From assembly GCA_951406725.2 (NCBI GenBank), contig OX597825.1, forward strand, positions 3,038,001 through 3,102,000: DNA of 64,000 bases. Direction: 5' to 3'. The DNA comes from Octopus vulgaris. Lineage: Eukaryota. Below the pieces are notes generated by a model. It was given only the letters and a program-made list of their open reading frames with translations, did not search any database and was not told where the DNA came from. The translations under genes were made by a program, and so were the position numbers. Below, piece by piece: positions 12,821 through 26,387 of the stretch. How positions within the stretch are numbered: the first letter of the stretch is position 1; every line of letters begins with the position of its first letter.

Positions 12821-15800
12821 TGTTTGTGTATATGTGTGCAACTAAGCTTCGAAAGACTGATAGAAATATACAACCATACTTGCACACACACACGTCTACA
12901 TATACACTCAAACACAAACACACACACAAATACTGCGAACACAAAACTATAATGATAATAAAATGTGTTGAGTTGTCGACAAGATAATTTGATAATGAAT
13001 TGTTTACAGCACAATGTTTTTCTGAGATGATAACTCTTATGAGATTTCATTATAATATCGTATCTCCCATGTAACATAGGAATGATAAAATATGAGCACT
13101 AGAATACATGTAGTTTGTTTTTAAACTTCTTTTGGTCGCAACTCTGCATGTTTCACAGAATTTATTATATTTTTGTTATACTGAAATCAATAACATAAAT
13201 ATCAATAATATTGAAAGTAACATTCGAACCCAAAATTTCGATAGCTTTTTATTATCTTTTTTTTTACATTTAATGTTTGCAATTTTATATCTCCCTATAT
13301 ATTGTATCTTCTAAACTATAAGTTATTTATGTAATGTGTGATATCTATCCAATTCTTTTGATAAGATTTATTACGGTTTAGTTTTGTATGTTACTTTGAC
13401 TTTCTTTTCATCTCCTCAAAGCAAAAGATTGAATAGCAAAGAGAAAGGGTTAGAGAGAGAGAAAGAAAGAGACAGATGGAGAGACGGAGAGACTTGCTGA
13501 GAGACAGAGAGAAACACTAATTTGATGTCGACATTAGAAATAAACTCTTAGAACTTATCTATGTAGTGTTATATAATTTATTATTTTTATGAGATCATGG
13601 ACAGCTGGGTGCTAATAAAGATTGACTTTAGTGGTGATCTTTTAGGCACGCAGCCTAAAGTTTTGTTAAACTTGTTGGCATTGAAAACATTCTAGCGTGG
13701 AAAGTACTACTATTATGATAGGAGAAAGTGTTGTTTTATAGCAATCCAGTTTCTCGGTTAAGAAAAATGTTGCCTTTATTAAATATCAAAATGGATCATA
13801 AAGATAATTCTGTGATATCTGAGTTTGCGCGGTGAGAGGAAGAATGGTAGATAGTTTTATTGGTCTGTGTTTTTGGCTAGACAATGAGAATTCTATTCAT
13901 AAAATAGTTCATGTAATAAGTTGTTCATATTCTGATCAGGAATAATGTTGTAATTTGTGTCTCTTTTGATGTAACGTGTTACAGACATTAGCATTAGCAG
14001 AGTGGTGTATGAAAAACGGAATGAGGAAGAAAAACAAAGAAAAAGAAATAGAGAAAGCCAGAGAGAAGGAAAGGGAGTCAGAATCAGAATAGCTGTGGCC
14101 AGAAATAGATTATTAGGCAATATTTCTTTAATAGTCAGCGGTCAAGTTGTATCAGGCTTGACTTAACACTTTCTCCTACTTCAAGGAATTAGCTATAAAT
14201 GGCCAGAGATAAGGGAAGAACTAAAGCTAACTATATTGTGAATCAAAAGGTGTACCGGTGCATGGCTTATCTCTCTATCTAGCTATCTATCCATCAGAGT
14301 GTCTGTGTGTTTCTCTATCTATGTCTATGAATCATTCCATGCGCATCTGCCGAGGTAAGCATGTTATATAGCCATCCATCCATCCATCTATCCATCCAAG
14401 CATACACACGCTTATATATATCTATATATCTAGATCTATATCTATCTATCTATCTATCTATCTATCTCTCTCTCTATATATATTTATATATACATTTATA
14501 TAAATACATACACATATACACATGCACACACACAAGAGAACACACGAACACACACAAACACGCTCTCATGTATATATATATATATATATATATATGATAA
14601 ATTACTAATTGCACATTGCAGCGAAGATGTGGAAAGAGAAGTTGATAGAAGTCAGGGATAAAACTCACGAATCTCAAAAGCAATAACAAATTACATTCAT
14701 TTGAGTTTGCAGTAAATTAAAAGCGTATTTATATTATGTTCGTATGGAAACGGACCGAATCCATATAAATCATTCGTGGAGGAGAATTTCCTTCTTAAAC
14801 ATTCATAGGGATATTTATGATGCTGATGATGATGAGTAAGTTATGGCGGTGATGATGAAGACGACGATGGTTGCAATATCGATGACGGTTATGGTGATGA
14901 TGCTGAGGGGGATTAGAAAGGTGAGGAGGATTGAAGCGACTGACTAGGATGTCGTTGGTGAAGGTGATAATGGTGATGATGATTGTGGTGGTAGTGATGG
15001 TTGTTTTTGTGAAGACCTTTTTGCTTACTAATGATGGAATTTTAAATTATGAAGAGTGTTAACAAGTTATTCCATACAATGGTGGATCACATACAATTGA
15101 AACGAAGTGTGAAATAGAGGAAAGCCTCCTCAGTACGGAAGGCATTAAGTGTTAAATTGTACAACTTCCATGAAATCAGAACACACATAGACTGAAATAC
15201 GTTAAATTTAAATTAGGGTGAATTGAAATTTACCTAAATTGGTCTGTGGTGCCTTTCATCAGTTCTGAGTGTATTCTAAGAAGAACTATGACCTGAATGC
15301 GAATTTCGAGAATTACTTCTCACGACAGAATTTTCTTAAAGGCAACCGTAAGTAATTTTATGATTACCTATGATTAAATGGGCCAATCAGCATTTGGCTC
15401 TTGTTTTATGCCACGTAAATTTGGAACTCCGATAGACAGGACAAAATTCTTTTAAAATTCGACTCAAAATTCGGAAGATTAATATATTGTTAGCTGAGGA
15501 TAATAAATATATAAGTATACAGAATAGATAAAAATAATTATTGAATCGATAAATATTTGGCAAAGTATAAAAGAAAACGTGAAAGACATAAAGTTCTTAC
15601 TTAAATGGTTTGGAATAACCAGACGCTAAGTTGATTTCGACAACTCTAATTAAACGACATTTCTTTACTCTTGCACTTATTACAGTTTGTCAAGCAAAAA
15701 TCGGAGACAATTTTCTGTTTATTGCGGGAAACACCGACGCATGCTGTATATATCTCTTTCTGCTCATTGTAATATAATTTTATTCAATTTATATATTCCA

Positions 15801-17746
15801 ATTCCATTCATGGATAAAATATAATAACCCCTATAATCCTACCTGATATATATATATCCACATGTACCTTCGTGCGCGCCTGCCCGTGGATGTATTTCGC
15901 TGCGAATTGGAACGAAGTTTCGGGCATGTAGATTCTATTTCATTACTTCTCTTTAAAAGAGAATTTCCATTCTGATACAAAAATTGTTAGATATTTCGTA
16001 ATGTTTCTATATATTACGATATTTATAGGCATTGTATAAAACGTTTTATTACTCATATATTTGGAAACGTAGGTATTTGCATGTAGCATGCAACATGTTT
16101 CCTTAGATATTATCCATCATTCATATTCTTGTGCCCAGTTTCTAGGCATTATAAGCGCGTATGTGTGTATTTTTTGTACTTTCTCATGCTTATCTGTGTA
16201 TAAGTGTGATCTTGAATGTGGTTTTTAGATGCAGGTCAGTCCTAAGGATGTAGCGAATGTTAAAATACGTTTGAAGCATGAGTAAACACATTTAAACACT
16301 ATTACAGAGACTGAAGGTCATGTTGGGAGACGTGATTCCTATATTTAGCATTCTATACAACACTATGGCCACTCTCTACTACGTTCATTGTGGGAATATT
16401 TGCGTTTCTGTGTTTCTGTTTGTCTCTCGATGCTGTATTAAATTTTTACCTTGATTTCTTTTTTTTCTGACAATATTGTAAAATTTATTAGATGTTACAT
16501 GTTTTTAAAGAATGTCGAGCTTGAGAACTTTCTCCTTTTGCATTAATTAAATCTTCATAATATAATTGTTAGCAAATTCTAAAATATTCCATAAGCGTTG
16601 TACATCATTCTCCATTCGAATTGCAATAGAATGTTGTTAGTTTGTTGCAACTGAATCAATTAAGACGTTATTTTAGGTATTTTCCCTTCGAAATGTCTGA
16701 CATGGAATTGATTTATTATTGTTGCTTCCGTTACTGCAGCTGGTTTCGTTGTTGTGTTGCTGTTGTTGTTGTCTTTGATATAACGCCTCGCAAAAAGTCC
16801 TGGTCGATAACATCCATGCCATGAGGATGCAGCCACCCCTGTTGTATTATGTAGCTCTAGGTCAGATCTGACTGCACAGATCGGTTTTTAACTTGGAATC
16901 CAGCGCAACATGAATGCATTCGATTTGTTTTCCTACACGTGAATAGCCCTGCCTCAATAGATGCATCGATAAGGTGCGTTGCTTCATAAGCAGAATACTA
17001 TAAAAGAACGATTAATTTAATTATGGTTGGTTTACTTCTATTCGGTACGCACCAGCCGAATTCATGTTAATTAGACAAAAATCATAAAACCATCTTCCCC
17101 TTTTTTACTTCACTTAAAACTAAGTGAAGTAATGAGCATAGAGGATTCTCTTTTTTAATGACTTGCCGGTTGTCATTTGGGGGACGTAGCAGTGTTATTA
17201 TATAACCTTCATTAACATTTCGACAGGTTTAAACATCCATCCTCTGTTCAATAAGTGTTTTATGCCTTGCCTGTAGACACAGTTCATGTGCATTTTATCA
17301 CTTAGGTGTTAATCTGTGAATAATAATACATGTTATTGATGTTTTGTCATCACTAACAGATACTTGGTATCATTACCTACATCTTATACACGTGATCGAG
17401 AAGATAAATGAACACTGATGTATTTGTCAACTAGTTTTACGTCAGATGTAACATGGCTACCGTTGTTTGTCGTCAACTTTTGAACGCAGCGTTAAAATTA
17501 GTTGGCTTTCGATATGTGAGCAAGCAATATCATTCTGAAAATACGCTTCGCTTATTGGATATTAAAAAAGTTTCTGTAATTATTTTTTTTTTGTTCAAAA
17601 TAGTATGGATATAAATTGCATCGTAACCTTTTATTATAACATCTTTATTAGCGATATTTCATTCCAGTAGATGAACACTTTAATGATGAAGTGTCGTTTG
17701 ACTTTCACTCACTCCCATAAATTATCAATTAACAAAATTTGTACAG

Positions 17747-17816
17747 AAATAGGAAGGAAATAATCAACACTAAATTAATAAATAGGAAGGATATAATCAA
17801 CACTAAATTAATAAAT
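17747..17816. repeat. 33-bp tandem duplication
   Basis: AAATAGGAAGGA(A/T)ATAATCAACACTAAATTAAT twice, one mismatch. Confidence 0.9.
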
Positions 17817-19472
17817 GGTTGCCTGAAATTAGAATAAAGTATTTGATTAGTGGAGGATGTAATGAAATGAAAATAAGTGAAATAAAAAAAAATACATCTA
17901 CGTCCCTTGAGACTGAGTTGATAAAATCAAAATTGTGCAGATTCGCAGAATCAACTAATTGGACAGAGTTTTGTTTAATAAATCTTATCAATGATAAATG
18001 AAGTATATTTTGGTGAATATAAATGATTTTACCGATATCTGATTGATGTGCTTTTGATATAAAACCTTTTAGCACATGACTTGAAGTTGACATTATCACA
18101 ATATTCAATTCAACATGAACTACTTTTGGAAATTGTTTTCTTCTCTGTTTAATAAATTTTGGTTCTGCTAATTGACTGAGATGGCTGCCTTGATGTAGAA
18201 GATAATGTATAGGAATTGATGTGCGTGTGTCGTGTAAGCAGTTATCACCACCTTTTCTATAAACATACGAGATATATTAGCTTTTGTGCTGTGCATTAAA
18301 TTTCAAAAATAATTATTACTTTGAATTATATTATGAGGTACATTGAAAACTTAGAAAAGAATTGATGCTGAACTGAGAAATGCCTTCGTGTACAGGATAT
18401 ATAACAGAATAATTCCAGCATTGATCATCCTATTTATTATCAGAGGAACAATGTCATGAGAATTAATATGATACCTACTTGATTATTTGTCAAATCGTTT
18501 ATAGGAATCGGGTTCTATATAGCGCAGGTCGACTGGTGTCCTTGTCTTTTTCATTATGTAATAGAATATTACTGATATTTAATTGGTGTTAAATTGCTCA
18601 ATTTAAAGTTTCAAGTAGACATTTTAAACTTGTACGTGGAAAATAGGGATACTTAGACTATAATTTTGATTTTAATCCATACATTTGATAGGTGTTATTT
18701 TTAGCAATTATAGCAAAATTTTGATTACCTTTCGTTCTCTCATCCAATACTATCTATTATTGCAACAATAGCAGCTATGCTCAACCTGTATATATTATAT
18801 ATAAGGTGTGTTTGTATTACAGACGTAAAGATCTCCCAGTATAAAATTAATAAATAAAACTCTTGGATTACTATGTTTAAAATTTCATGTATCTTGTCAG
18901 AGCCACGTCAATGTCAATAACGTATGGGGCCAAGATCTTGTCAGCATATTTTAATTCATTATCCATGGTGGTTTTTAGCTAGCAATTAGCAAATAGTCTT
19001 AAAGTAATAAGACAGAATGCATAAATTTATACGATTAACTGATGAATAATTTACAGACTCAGCAATATAAGTGGGCCATTGTTTTTGTCATCATGTTTAG
19101 CAATCCAGTGACTGGTAGTACAGCGAAAATATTCTGGTGAAAACAGAATCGGTGTGGTGGACTAAGAATTTCCTTGGGTGAGCAATATGTCATGCAGACG
19201 TAACAGATATAAACAGGCACAAACAAAATTACTGACACACACACACACATACAGATATACATACTCGCACACGAACACGTACGTATTTCAGAATTGTCAT
19301 TTCCAAAAATGTCAGCGCCATCTTTCAAAAAAAGTTTTATATCAAATAATAGTTACAATGTGATGTATTTAGATTTGCGTACAGAGACTATAATTTTACC
19401 ATCATAATGTCATGTACATAAAACAAGCGTGATATATGTGTGTGTGTGCATGTGTGTGTGTGCGTGATCATA

Positions 19473-19521
<49 letters not shown>

Positions 19522-19565
19522 ATGTATGTATATGATTATATACATATACGTACATATATATGCAT

Positions 19566-19604
<39 letters not shown>

Positions 19605-20218
19605 CATTCATGCATATATACATAAACACGCATATAGATATATACACAAACACACACACCTATATTTATATATATATATATATATTGAGATGAAAAGAGA
19701 GAGTGAATTATGCTTGGATACATATAAACATAACTAGTGTACAGAGAGAGAGAGAGAAAGGAAAAGAAGAGAAATTAAATATAGAAGATGAATCTAGAAA
19801 TATATTCGTAGATGCGTCTTTATGTGTCTCGGATTGTCTCTATAAACATACTAAAAATATTGATTATATCGAACAATTTTACGTCAATCTTTTGATACGA
19901 ATGAATAATTTTGTGATTGTAAAGATATAAACAATTTTACAAAACTTAAGAAAATCTGTCCTTCCTCTCACTGATTTTCTCATTATATTTCTTAGATATT
20001 CACATGCCATGTTTATTGTTCTTGTTGGTGGTGTGTGTGTATATTTTGGAGGTTGGTTTGTGAAAATGTAAACTTCTGGTTGTTTATATTAAACTTTCGG
20101 TTTTACGACTGATGAGGTGGCGCATATTTCTATATCTCTTAATCCGTGAATGTACACATGTAAACACACATGCATGCAGCACACACACACACTTACATGC
20201 ATACATACATATACATAT

Positions 20219-20291
<73 letters not shown>

Positions 20292-20301
20292 TATATACAT
20301 A

Positions 20302-20360
<59 letters not shown>

Positions 20361-20362
<2 letters not shown>

Positions 20363-20660
20363 CGACATCGAGAATAACTCAGCCTATAAGTTATAAATGC
20401 ACCTAGTTCGACATTGTTGACGTCTATCTTTCCATATCTAAACACCTCCTCCTGAAGACCTTAGATTTTTGCTGGACAGTTTACCAGCATTATTGATCTT
20501 CATATCAGAATAGTCATCAATGTCAGAAAGTTAATTCTGGTCTTTGACGATTCCTTCTGGATGAAGAAGGAAGGCGGTCAATTGTTTGATGTCTCTATGG
20601 GGAGTTTTGACGTGACTGGAATCGCCAACCTCGTCGGGTTATACGTTTCATCGTATTTAT
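20361..20660 (+). mobile_element. Penelope-like element reverse transcriptase fragment (Naiad-type), pseudogenised
   Basis: Translation with one frameshift: [80 protein letters not shown]. This matches the PLE RT motifs FDIxxFYPSI and WxKK...FDVTMGSxDGAExxELVGLY. Confidence 0.82.
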
Positions 20661-20769
20661 AATACACATAAAGATGTCCATGTATGCTGTACTATGAGCT
20701 GGTACATGCACAACATCCAGCGTATTTAATTTGAATATGATCTATCTTTGGCAGATTTTACTCCTAATA

Positions 20770-21040
20770 TCGAAGAATGTGTTTGAAAGCACAAGTACGC
20801 TCCATGATGTCTTTAATACCAAAAGCGTCATTTAAGTCAAAGAAATTTATATTTTAAAAGCTTGGCTTCATATCATCAGACTCTAACAATGGGGATAAAA
20901 ATAGCAATGTTAATTTATTGATGCATTTGGGAAAGTCTATGTCCATATCATCAGACAATTGCCAAAATATATTTTAAAAAGTTCAAAAGTCTGCAAACTT
21001 CCGGTGCAAATACTTCATGGTTCAAAATATTGCTTTCTTT
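20770..21040 (-). mobile_element. Possible hAT transposase C-terminal relic
   Basis: Decayed minus-strand translation FWQLSDDMDIDFPKCINKLTLLFLSP followed by a CALSxTxxxI-like segment, resembling the hAT dimerisation domain. Confidence 0.35.
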
Positions 21041-22160
21041 TTACTCAAGCTAATAAAAACAGACCCCTTTACATTTATATATGCTAAAAATAGTTATTTT
21101 TCACGAAAATCCTAATTTCTAAGTAGAGACGTCCTGGGCAATCTCAGTGTTTCCTATAATCATCAGAAGCACAGTTGTTATGCATTGTTTTCTGCTGCAT
21201 GTGTAAGAGATAGACCTAATTTGGAGAGGGTGAAAACAGCAGGTGGTACGCATGAGAGCTCTGGCAGGAGTCGGTCTCATGATGTCATCTACTATGCGTA
21301 TATTACTTGTGAAAGTGAGAAAGAGACATTCTCCATAAGTTTTTTTTTCGAATTAGATATTACAAAATGTTGGTGTTGCTTGTGAAGTTGCAACTGGCAG
21401 CAAATCAATAGGAATGTTAAAAAACTGTGTAGCAGAAATAGACAGAAATTGTAGCGAACAGAGTGACTTAACCGTCACCTTCCACGGCAGAGTTGTCAAT
21501 AACTGTAAACTGCGGTGACAGAGACACGCTGAAAAATGCCCCCATTGAACGTGACCATGTTAGTAGCAGTTTGACTGACACGACTAACAATGGTAATGTC
21601 TACAAACTTCTTCACCGTATTAACGATATCATCATCATCATCATTACCACTACCACAACCACCACCACCACCAGCATCATCATCATCATCATCATCATCG
21701 TAAACTATATTAACAAAACAAATCAAAAGTAAAGAAAAACGAAAAAATAGAAACGCCACAGTCAATGCTCTATCCACGACATAATCATGTATAAATTGCC
21801 AATAGCAGCAAATATAGGAAGCGGAAATTATTGTAACAGGCAAAATGTGTAACAATCAAGTATCGTATAACAGTACGGTTCAGATATGTAGCATTGGTCG
21901 GCGGTGAGGAGTACATATTTAAATATTCCCGTTGTAATTGACTCCGAAAATACAGATTTAATATTTAGCAGTAAAACACAACAATCTTCATTTCCTGAAT
22001 GTATTTCGAAGTATTTGTGAAATTTTTATCATCAGCAGAAATATTAAAAGTTTATGGGGTGACACGATAACCGTGAACAAATGAAATAATATTAGCAGTT
22101 AGAGGCGTTTTCCGAAGAAAATGAGGAAGAGAGTGAGAGCCATAAAACAATGAATATTTT

Positions 22161-23095
22161 AACCCTGTTTCTTTATTTCCCACAAGGGGCCAGCACAGTG
22201 GGAACAACACAAAGACATGTGGGGACACATAACAAATAAACGTATATAATGAATGATAAAATGAAAATGAGAAATGAAATGAAATTTACTCAACCCCAAC
22301 TCGGAGTTACTTCATTTTGCCTCTGTCCTTTTTTTCCCCTTTTAAACCTGGAGACTTCCACAATCTCCACTCCGTACTCCTTCAGTAAGTACGTGTAACC
22401 CATATCATCTGACAGATTTTGAATGTCCAGATCGACTTGCCATATTTTACACCCTTTTTCAACTTAAAAAAGTTTCTCTCTTTGATTCTCGCCCAACAAG
22501 AGGCAGCGATGCCACCCTTGAACCTTTTCGAAACTGCAAGTGTCCACCGCTCTAATGCCTTTCCCATCTTTTATCACTTCACATAAATTTATATTTTTGT
22601 TATCGTACATCAATACCTTGCTTCCGTTCTCCCTTTGTTCCAGGTAGGGGAGGTTGAATTACTTGTGTCTGACTGTGTTTGTTTTCGTGTTGGAGGGGAT
22701 GAGTAGATTCAGTGTCTGTAGGGAGCGGGTGGGGAGAAGAGAGTGTGGGAGTTGGGTGGGGTGGGTTTCCATATTTATTTTACCTGGTTTCTTCCTCTTC
22801 TTTCCTGGTGTCAACATTCGTCTTCCGTTCCACTTGCTTCTTCATCTGTTACTGATGGTGGTGGTATTGTTTCCTCTTTTTTCCTTTTACCGGTTCTTCC
22901 TTTGTCTTTTGTAGAGGGCAGTTTGCTCTAATGTGACCTTTCAGGCCACACTTACAGCACCTGTGTAACCTGCCCTCTGCTCTGACTACCATCGTTGTAT
23001 CTCCAAACACTATTGTTTCTGGTAGCTCTCCTATTATATCGTTTGGTCTCCATATCACCATATTTAACGGTTGTCCTTTTCAATTCCTTGAAAGA
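22161..23095 (-). mobile_element. L1/Tx1-like non-LTR relic: ORF1 CCHC zinc knuckle plus 3' tail
   Basis: ORF 22849-23061 contains ELPETIVFGD..VRAEGRLHRCCKCGLKGHIRANCP (CX2CX4HX4C), typical of L1/Tx1 ORF1. The element ends in GCCCCTTGTGGGAAATAAAGAAAC. Confidence 0.7.
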
Positions 23096-24515
23096 CACAC
23101 AAACACACACACACAAGCAGACACAGGCACTTACACAGACACACACACATATTCACACAAGCACACAGAAGCACATACACACAAGCACACACAAGTACAC
23201 ACATACAGACACACACAAACACACAAACACACAAACGTACACACACAGACACACACACAGACACACACGCACACACACGGTCTGAAAATGCATTGATTTC
23301 AGGTTTTCCAAAAATGTATTTCTAAAACGTCTTGATTTTGTATTCTTGTTTACTTTTTGCTCCAGACAGAGAGGAGCTCCTGAGATTTCGCATCCCATCG
23401 ACCGGAATATTTCCGTTTTCAATGCATTTACATTTCAGTCAAGCTGTAAGCCATAGAATACAGTTTATATTTTGGCGATGATATTCATGTACTTCCTTAC
23501 ACTATAGCAACGGAATATTTTCCGAGTCATCACGAATTTGTTAACGAAAACCTGTCAATACTCACCATTTCCCCCGGCAACAGTAAAAAAAAATCAAAGG
23601 ATGGTCTTCCATAAGTATACCGATGCGCAAATATATGTGGGAAATTGTAGGGTTCATAATTCTCCATAAATAAAACGAATATCAGCGAATATGACTTTGA
23701 ACGTCCACTTATGTAACGTACAAAACTCTTCCATCACAATCTATATAAACCTGGTGAGAGTCAATGGAGATGTTGAAGAATGTGTAATTAGCGGCACAAA
23801 TCAGAATACCATACACATTTCTCATAGTTCTGGATACCAAATTATCTCTTAAAGCAGTTTCATATTACCATAAAACTCCCATTATTCACCATCCTAATCA
23901 TTATAGAGATCAATAAAGCTGTTAACACATGCCTTAATTAGCATAGATGCATTTCACTATCCTACAGATTAACAGTAGGCTGGCTATCTAAGTTTGAACT
24001 TAGCGGTGCTCGGGTACCATATAAAATGCATAATAATATAGTAACTGAGTTGAATCTTCAGAACATCAATTTATTTACATTCCAATAACAAAACAACTGC
24101 GGATGTTTTCCCCAGGAATTAATGCTAAGATCTCTGCTCATTGTTCAGTATGCGCATGATCATCATATTTATTGAATATATATATATATAAATGTATCTT
24201 CTCATGAAAGCAACATACCAATAACCTACTAGCACTCTCACATATTGACTTTAAGCATAAATATTTAAATCAGAATCATAGTGGTTGAAATAGAATAATA
24301 ATAGCATCAATCAAATCCAACACCGCTGTACCTAACAGAACTACAAGAACATACTCTATGACACGGAGCAGTCAAAGTTATTTGATACTTAAATGCAATC
24401 TCCTAGGCATAATCCTAGAATATGTGCAGGAATACCGTCACATATAATATAAGGAAAAGAATAAGAAAATGCCACCGAAATAAAATTTTAGGATATTATC
24501 AGTATTTGACTTATG

Positions 24516-24862
24516 TATTGCGTTGTCCGCAAAGTTCGTGCCGATTTATAGTAGCTTAACTTCCGACTTATTTTAGAACATGGTTGAGTTCATAAAATAG
24601 GATTTGAATACGCTTCCATTTAGAGCACAGTTTAAGCTATCTTTTCGTGGAAGAAGGTTTATGTTCCTATAACCCGTGTTAATTCTGTATCCCTTTAAAA
24701 TGGAAGATAACAAAGTTCCTTTTCGGCACTTGATGCTTTTCTTTTTCCGTAAAGGGAAAAATGTCTCACAAGCAACCAAAGAAATATGCGCAGTTTACGG
24801 TGATGTTTCTTTATCTGAAAGAACTGTACAGAAGTGGTTCGCAAGGTCCCGAGCTTGAGATT
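24516..24862 (+). mobile_element. 5' fragment of a mariner element (TIR plus transposase HTH)
   Basis: TIR-like TATTGCGTTGTCCGCAAAGTTCGTGCCGATTT. ATG at 24700 gives MEDNKVPFRHLMLFFFRKGKNVSQATKEICAVYGDVSLSERTVQKWFARSRA, a classic mariner N-terminal HTH; truncated. Confidence 0.9.
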
Positions 24863-25112
24863 ACCTGGGTGATCACTGTAACAGTGCACAATTTATCTGT
24901 TCATGATATCCGCAATAATTCTCCTTCAGAACTATATTTCTCAACATTTCAAGTACATTATTATCTTTGATGCTATAGACGTTACCTCACTGACATAAAT
25001 TGTGTGCCAGGATAGAGATAGCTCTGCAATATACGGATCTTTGGTTTAGTATTCAGAATGCGGTTTCTCACATTCTTATGCAATTTTTGACTGCAGATTA
25101 TGGCAAGTGAGT

Positions 25113-25180
<68 letters not shown>

Positions 25181-25182
<2 letters not shown>

Positions 25183-26164
25183 ATACGAGTAGGTCAATCC
25201 GTAAACAACTGCTTTGACCTACTTTGCTGGTTTGTAGTCTGGAAGTCTAAAATCTAAAGTAATTGTCCTTTGTTCTGTCAGATTCACGAAAGAGTAATGG
25301 CTTCCGAAGAGACCTCTGCCCTTTTCCGGTCAAGAAGGGGCCGAGAAAACTACCCTATAAAAAAGCAGGAGCTGTGAGTCTGTTAGACGGTTCGGCCGGA
25401 GAAATTGAGTTGGTAACAAGGCAGATGGGATTACGGAGGAGGCGGTCAGTTGATAAAGACAGACAGACAATCTGAGAGATGACAGGCGAGAGAGTGACAG
25501 TGACAGCGTCGAGGAGGACAGGCAGATAGGATTACGGCGTGAGGCGGTCAGTTGAGAAAGACAGACAGATAGGAGTAAGTTAGCGAGAGAGAGGGACTAC
25601 GGTATGAAGGCACTGGCTATTGTGTAAAGACATTGTGAAAAGAACGTAACGGTATGTGTTGTTTGATTGTTGTATTGATGTTGAAATGTAAAAGAATTGA
25701 TATGTGAAGAAAGAACAGTGCTAAAGAGATTATAAAGAACAATGTGAATTGTGTTGATACGTGTTGAAAAAGAAGGAGAAAGACTTTAAAGAACTCTGAA
25801 CTGTATCGTGCATTGAACTGATTTGAACATTGTATATTGTATCTGCATGTTTAAATGCTTTGATTTGTTGTATACCGGATGTATCTTTGATTTATGCTGT
25901 AATAATTGTTATAAACCGTTGTTAAATGTAAGCCAATTGCCTTCTGCCGTCTCTCTTTGTGTCTGTTCTTCCTGCTGTTGTTGTCGTTATCTCCGGTCGC
26001 CGGTTGCCGGGTTCGCTGCCATTCTCCCCCACAGAATTCTCTCCTTCCGTGGTGAATTCCCCATTCGAACGAGCAGGTCAATCGTCGTCGCTCGACTTGG
26101 TAGGGTCCCGGGTTTTTCCCGAAGAGTTTGAGCGACGGCAGGTCGTAATAAAATGTATATTTCA
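25181..26164 (+). mobile_element. Probable solo LTR (~984 bp)
   Basis: TG...CA termini, TATAAAAAA at 25356, AATAAA at 26147, flanks TATAT/TTTAT (5-bp TSD with one mismatch), internal ~50-bp direct repeat (~25423 and ~25524), CpG-rich, no coding signal. Confidence 0.6.
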
Positions 26165-26349
26165 TTTATGAGAGAGACGGAAGATGAAAGCTACGAGACA
26201 CTTTATTGGTCACTACAACTGTTTCGAGCCATCTAGCGCATTCCGCCTTTCTCATTAATCTAATTAATTAAATATCCAAAGAGCACTAAGAAAGTAACCG
26301 TGCTTGAACTGAGAGCTCCTAGGTGTATACCATACGGTTGATTAACTAA

Positions 26350-26387
<38 letters not shown>

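Noticed and set aside
13600-14250. Possible Penelope GIY-YIG C-terminal relic (LNRETG) on the minus strand
   Set aside because: Single short motif in a frame with many stops; insufficient support.
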